DNA from: an uncultured Christensenella sp.
Lineage (GTDB): Bacteria > Bacillota > Clostridia > Christensenellales > DTU072
Direction of reading: 5' to 3'
DNA length: 64,000 nt
Assembly: GCA_964620655.1 (NCBI GenBank)
Contig: CAZUJW010000004.1
Coordinates: forward strand, 18,611 to 82,610
This document shows, piece after piece, positions 12,001-24,000 of this stretch (the stretch's first letter is position 1; each line of letters begins with the position of its first letter). Below the pieces are notes generated by a model. That model was not told where the DNA came from. It saw only the letters and a list, made by a program, of their open reading frames with translations, and ran no database searches. The position numbers and the translations under genes were made by a program.

Positions 12001-15000
12001 TCGATAGCTTCTGCCAAGAACGTATCCCATGCGTACGCGCGCTGGATAATGTACAGTTCGTCGTACTTAGCGAGATAAATTTTAATTTTGTCGCTGCCCG
12101 AAGTGTACTTAATCTGGTCGGATATATAGGATATCCAAGCGTCTTCCATAGCAAACGTAGAGTTCATGATACCTTTTATTAGGTTCATATAAACGACCGC
12201 TTCGTGACCTACGGAAGATTTCATTTCGTCTATCTTCTCTTTGTGAGTATCATTTTCGTAAAGGTTCCTTAATTCTTCCGCTCCGCTTTCCGTACTTGCT
12301 ACGTACGCGTCGTAAACCGCAACTTTACTACCCGAATAGATGCTAAGCATACTGTCGAGAACGCTCTTTACCGCGTCGTCGGCAGAAGAATAGAAACTGT
12401 CGAAAGCGACGGTTTTTAAGTAGTCGTTATAGAACGCATCGAGTTTTTCGCTGCGTTTAGTCGTATTGTCTATAACCTTGTCGGAGCCGAAATCGTATCC
12501 GTACGCGGCGGCGAGAGAATCGTTGCCGTAAATCTCGCCTATCATATAATCGTAAGTAAGGGTATAGATTTGGTTATCGCTCATCTTCGAGAAGCGTAAA
12601 CGCATCTCCGCATAAACTACGCTTATATCGGGAAGACCGAGAGCAATCCATTCTTTTACCTTGTCGGCTTTGACCGAACCCGAAACGTTGTATAAGTCGT
12701 ACAAAAGACTGTCTTCGAAAAGTTTGTTCCAAGCGTCGTCGGGGTAGATAAGGTCGTCTTTCCTGTCGGAGTACCAGTTGTTTATTGCGGCTTCCATACT
12801 CTTAGGTACGGCTACGACGCTTTCCGACACGTTGTAGGCTTTGCTCGGCAGTCCTATAGTGATAAGGACAGTCATACTCGGAGTAATCGTAATTCCGAGA
12901 TAGGGGTCCAGAACGCTGTCCACCATCGTTTCCACGTTGGTGATAAGTTCTTTCATGTCCACGCCCATAAGCTGTTTAAGGATACCGAATATAGCTCCGT
13001 TGACGAGTTCTACGGTAAGACCTTTAACGACGTCGCCGATAATATTGACGGTTCCGTTGACTTTATTGTTAACGTCGGCAAACAAAGAAGTGTTTTTAGA
13101 AAAGAGCTGTTCGTACTCCTTTATGTTTTTGTAAGTGTTTTTTGCGTCGTCGGAAGCGTCCGAACCGGTAAGAGTCTTTATCATATCCATAAGTCCGGAT
13201 ATCTTGACTTTGCCTAAGTAGAAGTTTTCACTGTTACTTATTCCTTCGGCGTCGATATAGACGTCGCCCCTTATGTATGCGAGACTAAGTACGGGACTCT
13301 CGTTATCGGATCTTTCTTCGGGGGCTTTGGTATAAATACTTATCCTTGCCTGTAAGTCGTCTATTATGTTCTTTATATTTACGGTAAGATCAACCTTGAC
13401 GTAAAGTTTGGACTCGAGCGATTCGAGGAACTCTATAACGGGGTCTATCGCAGTGTCTATGCCGAGAGTAGCCCCCAAGTCGAAGTAACCGTTTTCTTTA
13501 AGAACCTGCAACAGTCCGCCCAACTTGTAGATACCTTTTTCGTCGGTGACGTTGATTATTATTTCGGTGGAGAAATAAACGGTATCGAGACGGTCGAGTT
13601 GGATATATTCCGCACTGTCGGATACCTGAATGTCAAGTCCGCTAAAACCTACGTAAAGTCCCTTTATGGACATTCCGAGTCCTAATGTCGGATTAAGTTC
13701 GGTGCTGCCGGTGACGAGATTTTCGCCGAGAGCGAGATTAAATCCTATATCGAACGTATTCACACCGTCTTCGACTTTCATACCCTTGACGTAGAGCTGA
13801 ATAGCCGCATCGGGGAACATATCGAAACCTCCGAAACCGAATACTTTAAGCATGCTCGCTATGGCGGCTTTCTTTATGATAAGGTATAATCCCGAAGAGT
13901 TTATTTCGGCGTCCACGCCCACCTTAACAGCTCCGATAGCGGCGTTAAGAGCGTCGAACGTTGCGAACATCGCCGCCGACTGTGCGTCGGTGCCGTCGCC
14001 GAAAATAAGGTTGCCGACGTCGGCGAGATACAACTTGTCGCTGTTAAGTTCGGACAGGTCGATATAAAGGTTGCCGCCGAAATAGGTTATTACCGCCCAT
14101 TCCTTATTTTGATCGGTAGCTACTTTTTCGCCCACTCTGAATATACGGAAAGCTATGCGGAACGAAGAACCGGATATAAGGTGGTCGAGATAGTTGTTGT
14201 CTTCGCCGTTGCCTAAATCGAGACTTGCTTCGATGTCTACCGCGACGGTTATTTTCTGTTTGTTGGCTATGTACAGAGCTATGTCCATCACGAGTCCGCC
14301 GAGATAATTGTTCATTATCGTGTTGACGGGGTCTTGATAAAGATTGGTTCCGTTGGTTACGCCGGCTTCGATTTCGAGAAGAACGGTGGTCTTCAACGCA
14401 ATTTTCGGCAACATTCCGTCCACTTCTGCAAAGTCGATAGGGTCGCCGTTTTCGTCGCGTTTAAGGACTTCGTCTTCGTCGAATTCTATCATCTTGTCCT
14501 GAGCGAAACTCAGTTCCATATTCCTTATGGCAAGTTCCAGTCCTATGCCCCTGCCGGTGCTGACGCCGTTTTCGTTGATGCTGTCGAAGTTAAGACTTAC
14601 GGCTATTACGTTTCTGTCGCCGTCGTCATAATTCTGCAAAACGTCGCTGTCCTTGCCGTAATTAGCCACGCTGAATATGTCGAGAGCAACTTCGGGCGAG
14701 CCGACTTTGCTTATCATGCTCTTGACGTCGCCCATACCGAGGAATGTAAGTAAGGTATAGATAGCGTTGGCGGCGAGCTGAACGCTCATTCCGTACTTAG
14801 CGAGATTTACGTCCACTTCGGGGTTGCTGTTGCCGTCGTCGACGGCAAGCACGTCTGCTATCATAGCAGCCATAATGACTTTCGCTATCGAGCCGCCGTT
14901 GTGAACGTCGTAAGCTACGGCGTATGAAGCGTTAGCGTTACCCAACAGTTTCTTAATCTGTTCGAGAGCGTTCTTGATGTACAGACGCTGAATATTGAAT

Positions 15001-18000
15001 CTTCCTGCGTCTACGTACACGAAGTCGTACTTCGTACCGTCGTCTTCGCTCCCCGCTCCGAATACCAATTGCAATACCGTTTCTTTTCTATTGCCGCTGT
15101 CGTCGAGAGAATATACGGTAAGGGATATATCGGTGTCGCTCAAATCCTTGTTTACAAGTCGGAACATATTTACTCTCGCTTCGAGAGAAATTCTGAAATA
15201 GTCGCCTACCGTGCTGAGAATACTGAGTACGGGGGCTATCTGCAAGGTCTGTCCGTTTATATTAAGGTTAAGTCCGAGTTGCGTAAGAAGCGAATTTACG
15301 AGTTCGGTAAAGTCGTACTGCACGTCGTCTTCCATGTTAAGCCCGAATTCGACGTCGAGTTTTGCGTAAACGTAACCGAAGTTTTCGTCGAGAAGGGAGA
15401 ATTCTCCGTTGGTTTTTTGGAGATTTTCGTCGTTGACTACTTCCGTGACTTCTTCCTGTCCCGTGATTTCGTCGTAGTCGTTATAAACGTACTGCAATCT
15501 CGTTCTTGACAGGTCGCTGTCGGCTATCTTTATACCCGCCTTTACAAAATCGACTTTAAGGTACAAATTGGCTATCTCCGCGCTGACGTCCGCGATAGAA
15601 CCGTCGTACAAGAAACCTATCGTAAGCACGCCTTCCTTGTTTGCCGCGTCTACTATAAGCTGCGGGATTTCGGAATACGACTTGTCGTAGTAGTCTTCCA
15701 AAGTAAGTTGATATTGTTCGGTTATTTCGGTCTTGTACCAGGTCACCGTGCCGTCTTCGGCGGTAGTGGCTCTTATCGTAAACTTGTTGCCGTCTTCGGT
15801 GGTGGCAAGAATACGCTCCGCGTCGGCGTTAAGATACTTCCATGCGGCGTATCTGTATTCGAGGTAAGTAAGAAAGTTCCTTGCGTTCCTTACGTAATTA
15901 TTTACGGCGGCGGTGTAATATCCGTCGGCGGTGTCGGCGTCTATCGCCTTATTGCTTACGAGATACTTCCAAGCCATCGCCTTATAGGTATAGCTTACCG
16001 CGTCGGCGTAACGACTGTATCTGCCGTCGGAAATTACAAACACGTTGTTTTCTCTTATGAAGTCTTCTTCCGAACCGTTGAGAGTCTGATTACCCGTAGT
16101 CTTCAAACCGAAATCGTTATAGGCGTAAGAGTTGACGTAACGGAGAGCCGAAAGTAAGTTTTCGTACTCGTTGTTTATCATACTGCGGATAGCTTTCCAC
16201 GCTTCGGAACCCGCCGTAAGTTTGCTGCCGCCGCTTTCGGTGTACTTCGTGTTGTAAATACCCTTGTATACGTCGTTATCGGCGGTGCTCCAATTGAATC
16301 TGCCGACGAAGTATTCGTACGCAAAACGTTCTATATTAGCCTGTTTTGCCGATTCGGATATGCCCGACATCGTAGCTACCGTTTCCTCCGCCTGCGCATA
16401 TGCGGTACTCAAAGCGTCGAGTTTTACGTTCATGGCGTTGGCGTAGCTGTCAAGCGCTATGCCGGAAACGTAATAATCGGTGTATTCTTTTGCGAACGCC
16501 GACATAAACTCGCCTTCCGCGTCGCTGTCTTCGAGAGCGTCCTGTAACGCCTCGATATCTGCGTTTATAAGCGCTGCCAGCTTATCCCAAGCGGCGGGAC
16601 AGACTTCTGCGTCGGCAGAACTGCCGTTTAAGAGTCCGTTATATATTTCCATCGCCTTGACGGTATAGTAATCGCCCAACGTACCGCTGTCGAGAAGAGC
16701 TTCCCATGCGTTGGCTTTTCTTCCGTCGTTTTCGGTGCTTGTCTCGCCGTCTACCCATTCGTTGGCGATGAGAATATCGTTCATCCTCGACAAAATCGCT
16801 TTCTTGTCCAGAATTTCTTCTTCTTTGTCGCCGGCGTACAACGCTTCGAGATAATTTCCTAAACTACGGGAGAAACGGCTCTTTTCGTCGTTGAAAGCTT
16901 CGTTAAGAAGTTTTATGAGAACGTTCGCCGCGGCGGACACGGTAAGACCGTAGGTATTGCCCACTATTCCGTGAATAAAGTCGCTTAACGCTTCTCCGTC
17001 GGCGTATAAAGCGGGAGCGTTGCTAAATCCGCTTAATCCGTTATTACCATTCATTGCGGCGAGAAGTTCGTTCATTCTCGCTTCGGTAATAAACAGGTCG
17101 GACGGTATCTTGTCCAAGTCTTCCTTGTTAGCTTCCGCGGTGGACTTCATCCATATAATGTATCTTACGAAGTCGTAAATTTCGGTACTCTTCTCGAACG
17201 CGCCTTTCGTGAATTCGGAATCTATTTCCTTTTCGTCGGCGTTGGAAGAAGTACCGCCCGTTTCGGAACCCGTATCGCTCGTATCGGAACCCGAATTGCC
17301 GAACAATTCGCCTATTCTCTTGATGAGAGCGTTGGCGGTGGATTCGAAGTCGGCTACCTTTATTCTTCCTATATGGAAAGCGGACATATCTATATAAAGG
17401 GACAGATATTCGCTAAGTCCGTCGGCGGAAGTTTCTTTAATAAGGTATATACCCAGAACAAGGTCTTCTTTTATGTAACCTTTATTTGCGCTGTCCTCCC
17501 GGCGGTTTACTATTTCGAGGAACATTTCCACGCCGGAAGAACTCAATACTTTAAGCAAATCTATCTTGCCGTCGTCGCCGCAAAGAGCCTTTTTAGCTTC
17601 TTTCTGCACGTCGGTAAGGGTGGACTCGTCGGCGGTAAGCAAGGTCATCAGCATAGAAAGCTGAGCAATGTTGGCTTTCGCTTCGAGATAGAAGGATAAG
17701 TCTGCACCCACGGTTTCGAGAGACTTCAATATTACGTCTACGGCAAAACTTTCGTCCTTTAACAGTCCCCTTAACAAGTCCCCGAAGTTTATCGACGTGA
17801 TATCGTCGGGAGAAGTGGAGGTGTCTTCGCCTTTCGCTCCGAGAGCCAACGAGCCTTCGAAGAAAATCTTGAAGTCGGTGGTCCATTCTTTATCGATTAC
17901 CGTGTAGGCGTCTTCGTTAATTACGAGTTCCATTCCGTCGGTAAGCGTAAAGTCGGGGTAGTTTATGGCTATGGACAGGTTAAACAAATTCTCCAAATCG

Positions 18001-21000
18001 ATATTCAATTCGACTAAGTCTTCGCCGAATGCGCTGAGATACAAGTTGGGGGTGTACTTATTAAAGTAGTTTTCGATATCCACGCCGAGAGCCGCCGTAA
18101 GAGCGTAGATGGCTCCGCCGGTAATTTTGAGCATAAGAAGGTCTTTGCCCTGTTCGGTGTTTACGGTAAGAAGAATTTCTCTCGCTATCGCGCCGGTAAG
18201 GTCCTGAACCGCCGCGTTGGAGGCGGCGTTGCTGCTGCCTCTGCCGGTAATTTTGCCCAGGTCTAAGCCGAAACCTTTCGCCAGAGCGATAAGAATCTGA
18301 CTTACGTTGTTTAATTTGATTTTTTCCACGCCTAAGAAGCCGAGATTTATATAAACGTCGGCTACGCCTTCGGCGTCGAGAATAACGTAAAGAGAAAGGG
18401 CGTTGCCCAAATAGAAGTCGCCGCAGAGACCGTACAACTTGTTCCAGCAAGCGGTGAACTGTTCGGTTTCGGTAACGTATTTACCCGAAGAACGTATTTC
18501 GGTCTGAATATCGAGCATAAGACGATAGCAAAGGTAATCGTCCAGAACTTGCGTTTCGTCGGTATAAAGGTTGCCGTCGGAGTCGTAACCGTCGCCGGGA
18601 ACGGAATCTTTAAGCTTGCTTACGAGCTGTCGCCATGCGGCGTCCTTTTCTCCGCCGTAATCTTTGAGCAATTCGGAAAGCATGCCTCTGCGGTCAGCCA
18701 GCTTTTCGTAAAGTTTGTAGTTCTTTTCCGAAGTAAGGTTAAGGAACAGTTCCACGTTCTTTAAGTCCTTAACGGTGGTAAGGTTTACGTTGGCGTTAAC
18801 GGAGAAGTAGGTAGCCTGCTTGAAGATATCGCCGTCGGCTATGTCTATCTGACCGCCCACGCCCCAGTCACGACCGTCCAACCAATAGTTGGCGAACATC
18901 TTAATGGCGTAGTCGAAATTAAAGTTGCGATACACGTCGGTCATCGCAAAGGACGTAAGACCTCCCCATTGCAAACCTACGGTAGTAAACTTTTCTACTT
19001 CTTCGTAATCTTTGTTTTTGTCTTCATCGGTAATTATATCTTCTTCGAAACTTGCGTTGATATTACCGATAGTCACGCCGATTTCGGTGGCGTGGTTGCC
19101 TTCTTCCGTTACGTTGCCTTCGGCGTCGAGATAAATATTCGCGCTTACGTCGACGTTGCCCTTGAACCCTACGAGAACTTCGAGACCGAAGTCGAGTTCC
19201 GACAAGGCTTCGGTAAGGTCGATGCCGAATATTCTTATCACGCTTATAAGCGTGGCTTTCGTGACCGCAATACCGAGGCTGCCGTCTCTGAACATAAGAT
19301 TAAGATAAGTGGCTAAATCTTCGCCGCTTTCTCCGTCTGCATAGGAAGCTCCGTCGGCAGAGTATGAAGCGGAACTATCCGACTTATCCAACCCGAGGAA
19401 CTTGTCTATCGCGTCGTTAAGCGAGGACATAAAGGAGGAATCGAATATATCCATAACGCCGTTTATTACCGCGGTGACGTCTTTCAGAACCACGTTGCCG
19501 ATATTGAAGATGTTGGTGGAAACGTAAACGTCGCCCGAGAACTGCGTTTCTCCTACGGGAACTTCACTTCCGTCGTAGAAGAGAGTAAGCACGGTTTCGT
19601 CGTGAATTTGTCCGTCGGCTTCGGAATAATTGTGACGGATAAGTTCTATTTTAAGAACGCTGCTGTAAATACTTGCGAACTCCAACCAGGCGTCTATTTT
19701 GAATTCGAGGCTGTCGTCCATTTCGCCCATAAACTGAGCCATAATGACCATCGCAAGGTCGTTAAGGTCGACTATTATGGAGTTGTTGACGAGATAATCC
19801 CACGCCTTAGCGTAATAGTTGTCGTCGCCTTCGACCCAGGTCTTCCATTCTTCGACGTTGTTTTTGTTGGCTTTTATATCCTTAACCGCCGAAGCGTAAC
19901 GGGTAGCCATTTCTTCTTTTTGCGCAGAAGTAAGTTCGGTTCCGTCAAGTCTTCTCCACGCCGCGGCTTTCATTGCGGTGACGGTCATATCCGTGCCGCT
20001 GTTTTCTTCGGCTATTTCCGCATATATTGCGTCAAGGTCGGTCTTCTTGAAATCGGAATTGCTGAACAACGTGCCTATCATATCGGTGATATCGTAGTCG
20101 TTGCTCAATCTCAATCCGGTTTCGCCCGTATCGTTTTTAATATATATAGAACCCGACGCAGAAACGTGTACTGCGTTCGGCACGCCGTCGGTCGTATTTT
20201 CGGGTTTGTATCTGTCGGTGTTTACGCTTATCGAATATTTTTCGCGCTCATCGGGGTCGACGCTCGCTACTAACTCCGTAAGTCCTAAACCGAATTCGTA
20301 CGTTCCGCCGAACGCTACCGATAAATCAAGCTCTATTCCGTCGCTTAAATCGAGTCCGAGTTTTATGTCGTCGAGAGTGACGTACTCGTTTACTTTTTCA
20401 AATCCCAACATGGTAAGTACCGCCGAAATGGTCGCGGCGGAAAGTTCTACCGATACCTTGCCCGAATTGAACAGTATCTGCAATGCGATACGATTAGGAT
20501 TGCTTATATCGGCGTTTTCACTAACGGTAGGCACGCGGACGTCGGAATTAAGGTTGGGCGTGACGGACTTTCTGAATTCTTCTATGGTTTCGCTGTTCGC
20601 GTTCTGCGGTTTGCTTTCTTCTATTGCGTTGAGTTCCGCCTTGAAAGAAGCGTTGTTCCTTATTCTGAAACAGGTGACCGCTTTAAGTTCGGTTTCGGTC
20701 ACTTTGCGGGCGGTATAATCACTCTCAACCTGGTCTTCGACGGCTTTATCCACCCATTCGGGGAGAAGTCTTATATAGTCTTCCGAAGCTCTTATCTGCG
20801 AGTTGGTCTTGCCGCCGTACATTTCGGCGTAGGTCATACCTTTGCCGGTATCGGTGGTTTCGTCGGTCTTCAAGAAGTCTATAAGGGCAAGGTCCTGCTG
20901 ACGCTGAATAGTTGCGTAGCTGTCTACCTTTATTACCGCTCTTAAATAGTTCTTTATTTCCGCTACGGTGTTGGCGTACTCGGTTCTCAAAAGGGTATCG

Positions 21001-24000
21001 AGCTGATCGCTTTTTCCTTTCTTGTTGTAGACGCTGTCGTATTTAGCCGCATAGTCGGCGAGCATCGTTTTATATGCGGAATTGGACTTGCTTGCGAGCA
21101 AGTCGTTAAGGTCGACGTAACGGGTTCTTTCTTCCTGGTTTCTGTCGTCGGTTTCCCATTGGTCGAGACGCATTTTTTCTTCTTCTTCCGCCACGCTTAT
21201 CCTTAACGGAGTTTTGTCGGTGGTTATGTACGGAGAAAGGGTCACGTAAATTTCACCCGTCGCGTTTCTTATCGTAATTACGCCGTTATTTTCGATTTCG
21301 TAAGTTTTGTCACTTTCTTTCAACGAAATATCGCAGGAAGAGTCGGTGTAATTGAAGTTTTCGGAGAATTCTTTGGCAAAGTACAGATAAATATATCCGT
21401 CGTCGTTAAGGAGATATTTATAAGAGCTCGTCGGGTAGCGGCTCGCATAACCGTGTCGTGTATAGAAGGTGTCGAAGAAGTAATTAAGGACGGTTTCTTT
21501 CATAACGTAATCCATAAAATCACGTTTGCTGTTGTACGCGTCTTTGGAATTAATTCTCGTGTCGCTCGTCTTATTGTAAGCGTTGTTCCACAGCAAGGCT
21601 ATCGCGCCTACGTAAGTACCTTCGAGGTCGCTTACCGCTACGGTGTTAATGCCGAAATAGCTGAAATCGACGTAGCCTTTATTGTCGTCTACGTATACGC
21701 CCGCTATTACGGTGTATCCGAGTCCTTTGCTTGTTATATATCCGCTTGCGTCGGGAGCCGACTTATCGAAAATTACCACGCCGACGTTACTTTCGAAAAT
21801 GTTGTTGACGTTTATATTGCCCTTGACGGCGATACCTATGTCGAGTCCCGTGTTGTAGAAGTAATCGTTGTCGATTTTAAGAGCTAAGCTCTTAATGAGT
21901 ACGTCGAGGAAGTCTTCGCTGTTTTCGGCGGAACCCATTATTTCTCTCAGCATCTTGCCTATCGTAACGTTGAGTTTTTCGGGGCTAAGTTCGGCAGAAC
22001 CCGCCTCGAATTTAATTCCCAACTCGACGTTTACGGAAATAACGAGTTCTTGCACCCATTCGGACAGAGAGGTATAGGTAGCGGAGCTGTGACCACCGAT
22101 AAAGTCGAGGTCAGAACCTTTCTTCATCGAGATACTTTCGATAAGGTCGAGTCCGACGTAGAAAGCGTCTTTCTTGCCCGTATCGCTGTCCACTATTCCT
22201 ATGTAAGCGGTGATATAATCTTTGTCCACGAAGTGGGGTACGATTTTGCTTATGTCTATATCCCAATCGGTAAGGTTGCCGTTTTCGTCGTAGATAAGGA
22301 GTTTTCCTTCCTCGTTATACTTATAAGAGAATACCTTTTTCTCTTTCTCGCCTTCGTTGTAGTAGACGTATTCGTAAAGCGGATTACCGTTCGCGTCGTA
22401 CGCTATCTGCGTGCCGAGATGCAAGAAAAGATTGCCGTTTACCTTCGGTAAATCGCCCGTTATGTCGAGAGACATAAGAGCCACCACCGCACTTAATACT
22501 TCGGCGTTTACGATAACACCGAGTCTTCCGTCTTTGACGGAAAGTTCTTCCACAGCTTGTTCGATAAGTCCCATCATATCGAGAGAATCTCCGCCGGCAG
22601 AGTCGCCGTCGGCGTTAAGGACCACGGTATCCGCCAGCATATAGAGAAGAGTCCTTTGCATGGCTTCTTTGTCAAAGCCTTTTCCGAATTCGACGGTGCC
22701 GTCGGCGTTAAGGCTTAAATTGAAGTCGGCGTTGGCGCCGATTATGGAGCCTATTCCCGAGAAGTCCAATTTTATTCCTTCCAGCATCTTGGCTATACCC
22801 ACGTCGGGAATGGACAGTTTGGGAATTTTGCCGTCGATTATCTTCGTAACTCCGAGTTTGTCGTGGAGCTGAGTCATCATATCGGCTTCTTCGTCGACTC
22901 TCGGGTTTATGTACAGGGTATCGTCGGTACCCGAATAGTAAATTGTAAGGAAGGGGAAGCCCTTAACTCTTTCTCCGTTCTCCAACAGATACAGGTCTAT
23001 AATAAGACCGAGTTCGGACAGTCTTAAAAGATTTACGCCGGCTTTGATTTCGTATCCTATATGAAGTTCGCTACCGGTTTCTATACCGAGTCCTACAAGA
23101 ACGTTCTGAACGAACGCTCCCACCAAAGCGGAAAGGTCGATTTCCGTATCGGCGTTGCTGCCTATCTTAAAGTCGCCCGTAATGGTAGCTCCGTATTCGA
23201 GAGCGCCCGCCATGGACCTGTATTCGCCCCTTAACGCTTCCGCTCTGTCCGCTCCGTCGCTCGGAACGTCGCCGTGGCTGTCGCAACCTACCGCGTCCAT
23301 ATCGAACGCGGGGGACTTGAAGTAGCTTATTCCCGTGGTGTAGGTACCGTCCTCGTTGGTCTTGCCGAAACCTACGTGGACGTTCATATTTTCGGTAACG
23401 TCGAGATTAACCCTTATCGAGTCGAACACGTCGGCAAGGTCTAACGATAATCCCATGCCGTAGATACCGAGATTCATTCCCGGCATAAACATACCGACGA
23501 GAGTGTTTATTCCCGCGTTGTCGAACTTCAAGCCGAATACTTTCGATTCGTCGTCGGGGAAGGTGAAGCATTTAAGATTACCTTGTTCGTCGGTTTGCAA
23601 CAGTAGTTGCAACAGTTTCATAACGTCAAAACCGCCCGTCGTATCTCCGTCGGCGTTGCTCGAACGAGTACCGCTCGTCGTTCCCGCATAGTACGGGTCG
23701 AAATATTTCATTATTCCGCCGAGAAGCCCCGGTACTTCGGGAGTTCCCGCAAGGATTTGCGTAATGTTAAGAGACGGCATACGCAGCTGCGGCATAAGAG
23801 CCTTGCCGTTACTGGTAAGGTTGCTCGCGTCGATATACAGAGTATTGAACATTACCGAACTGCCTTCCTGCAAGGACATGTCGGGCACGAGATATAGGGA
23901 TATTACTTCCGCTCCGCAATACTTTATGGTCGCCTGCGCTTTGTTGTTGGCGTTGTTAAATAAGTCGAGACTTGCGGCGAGTTTTACGTCGAAGTCGTAA

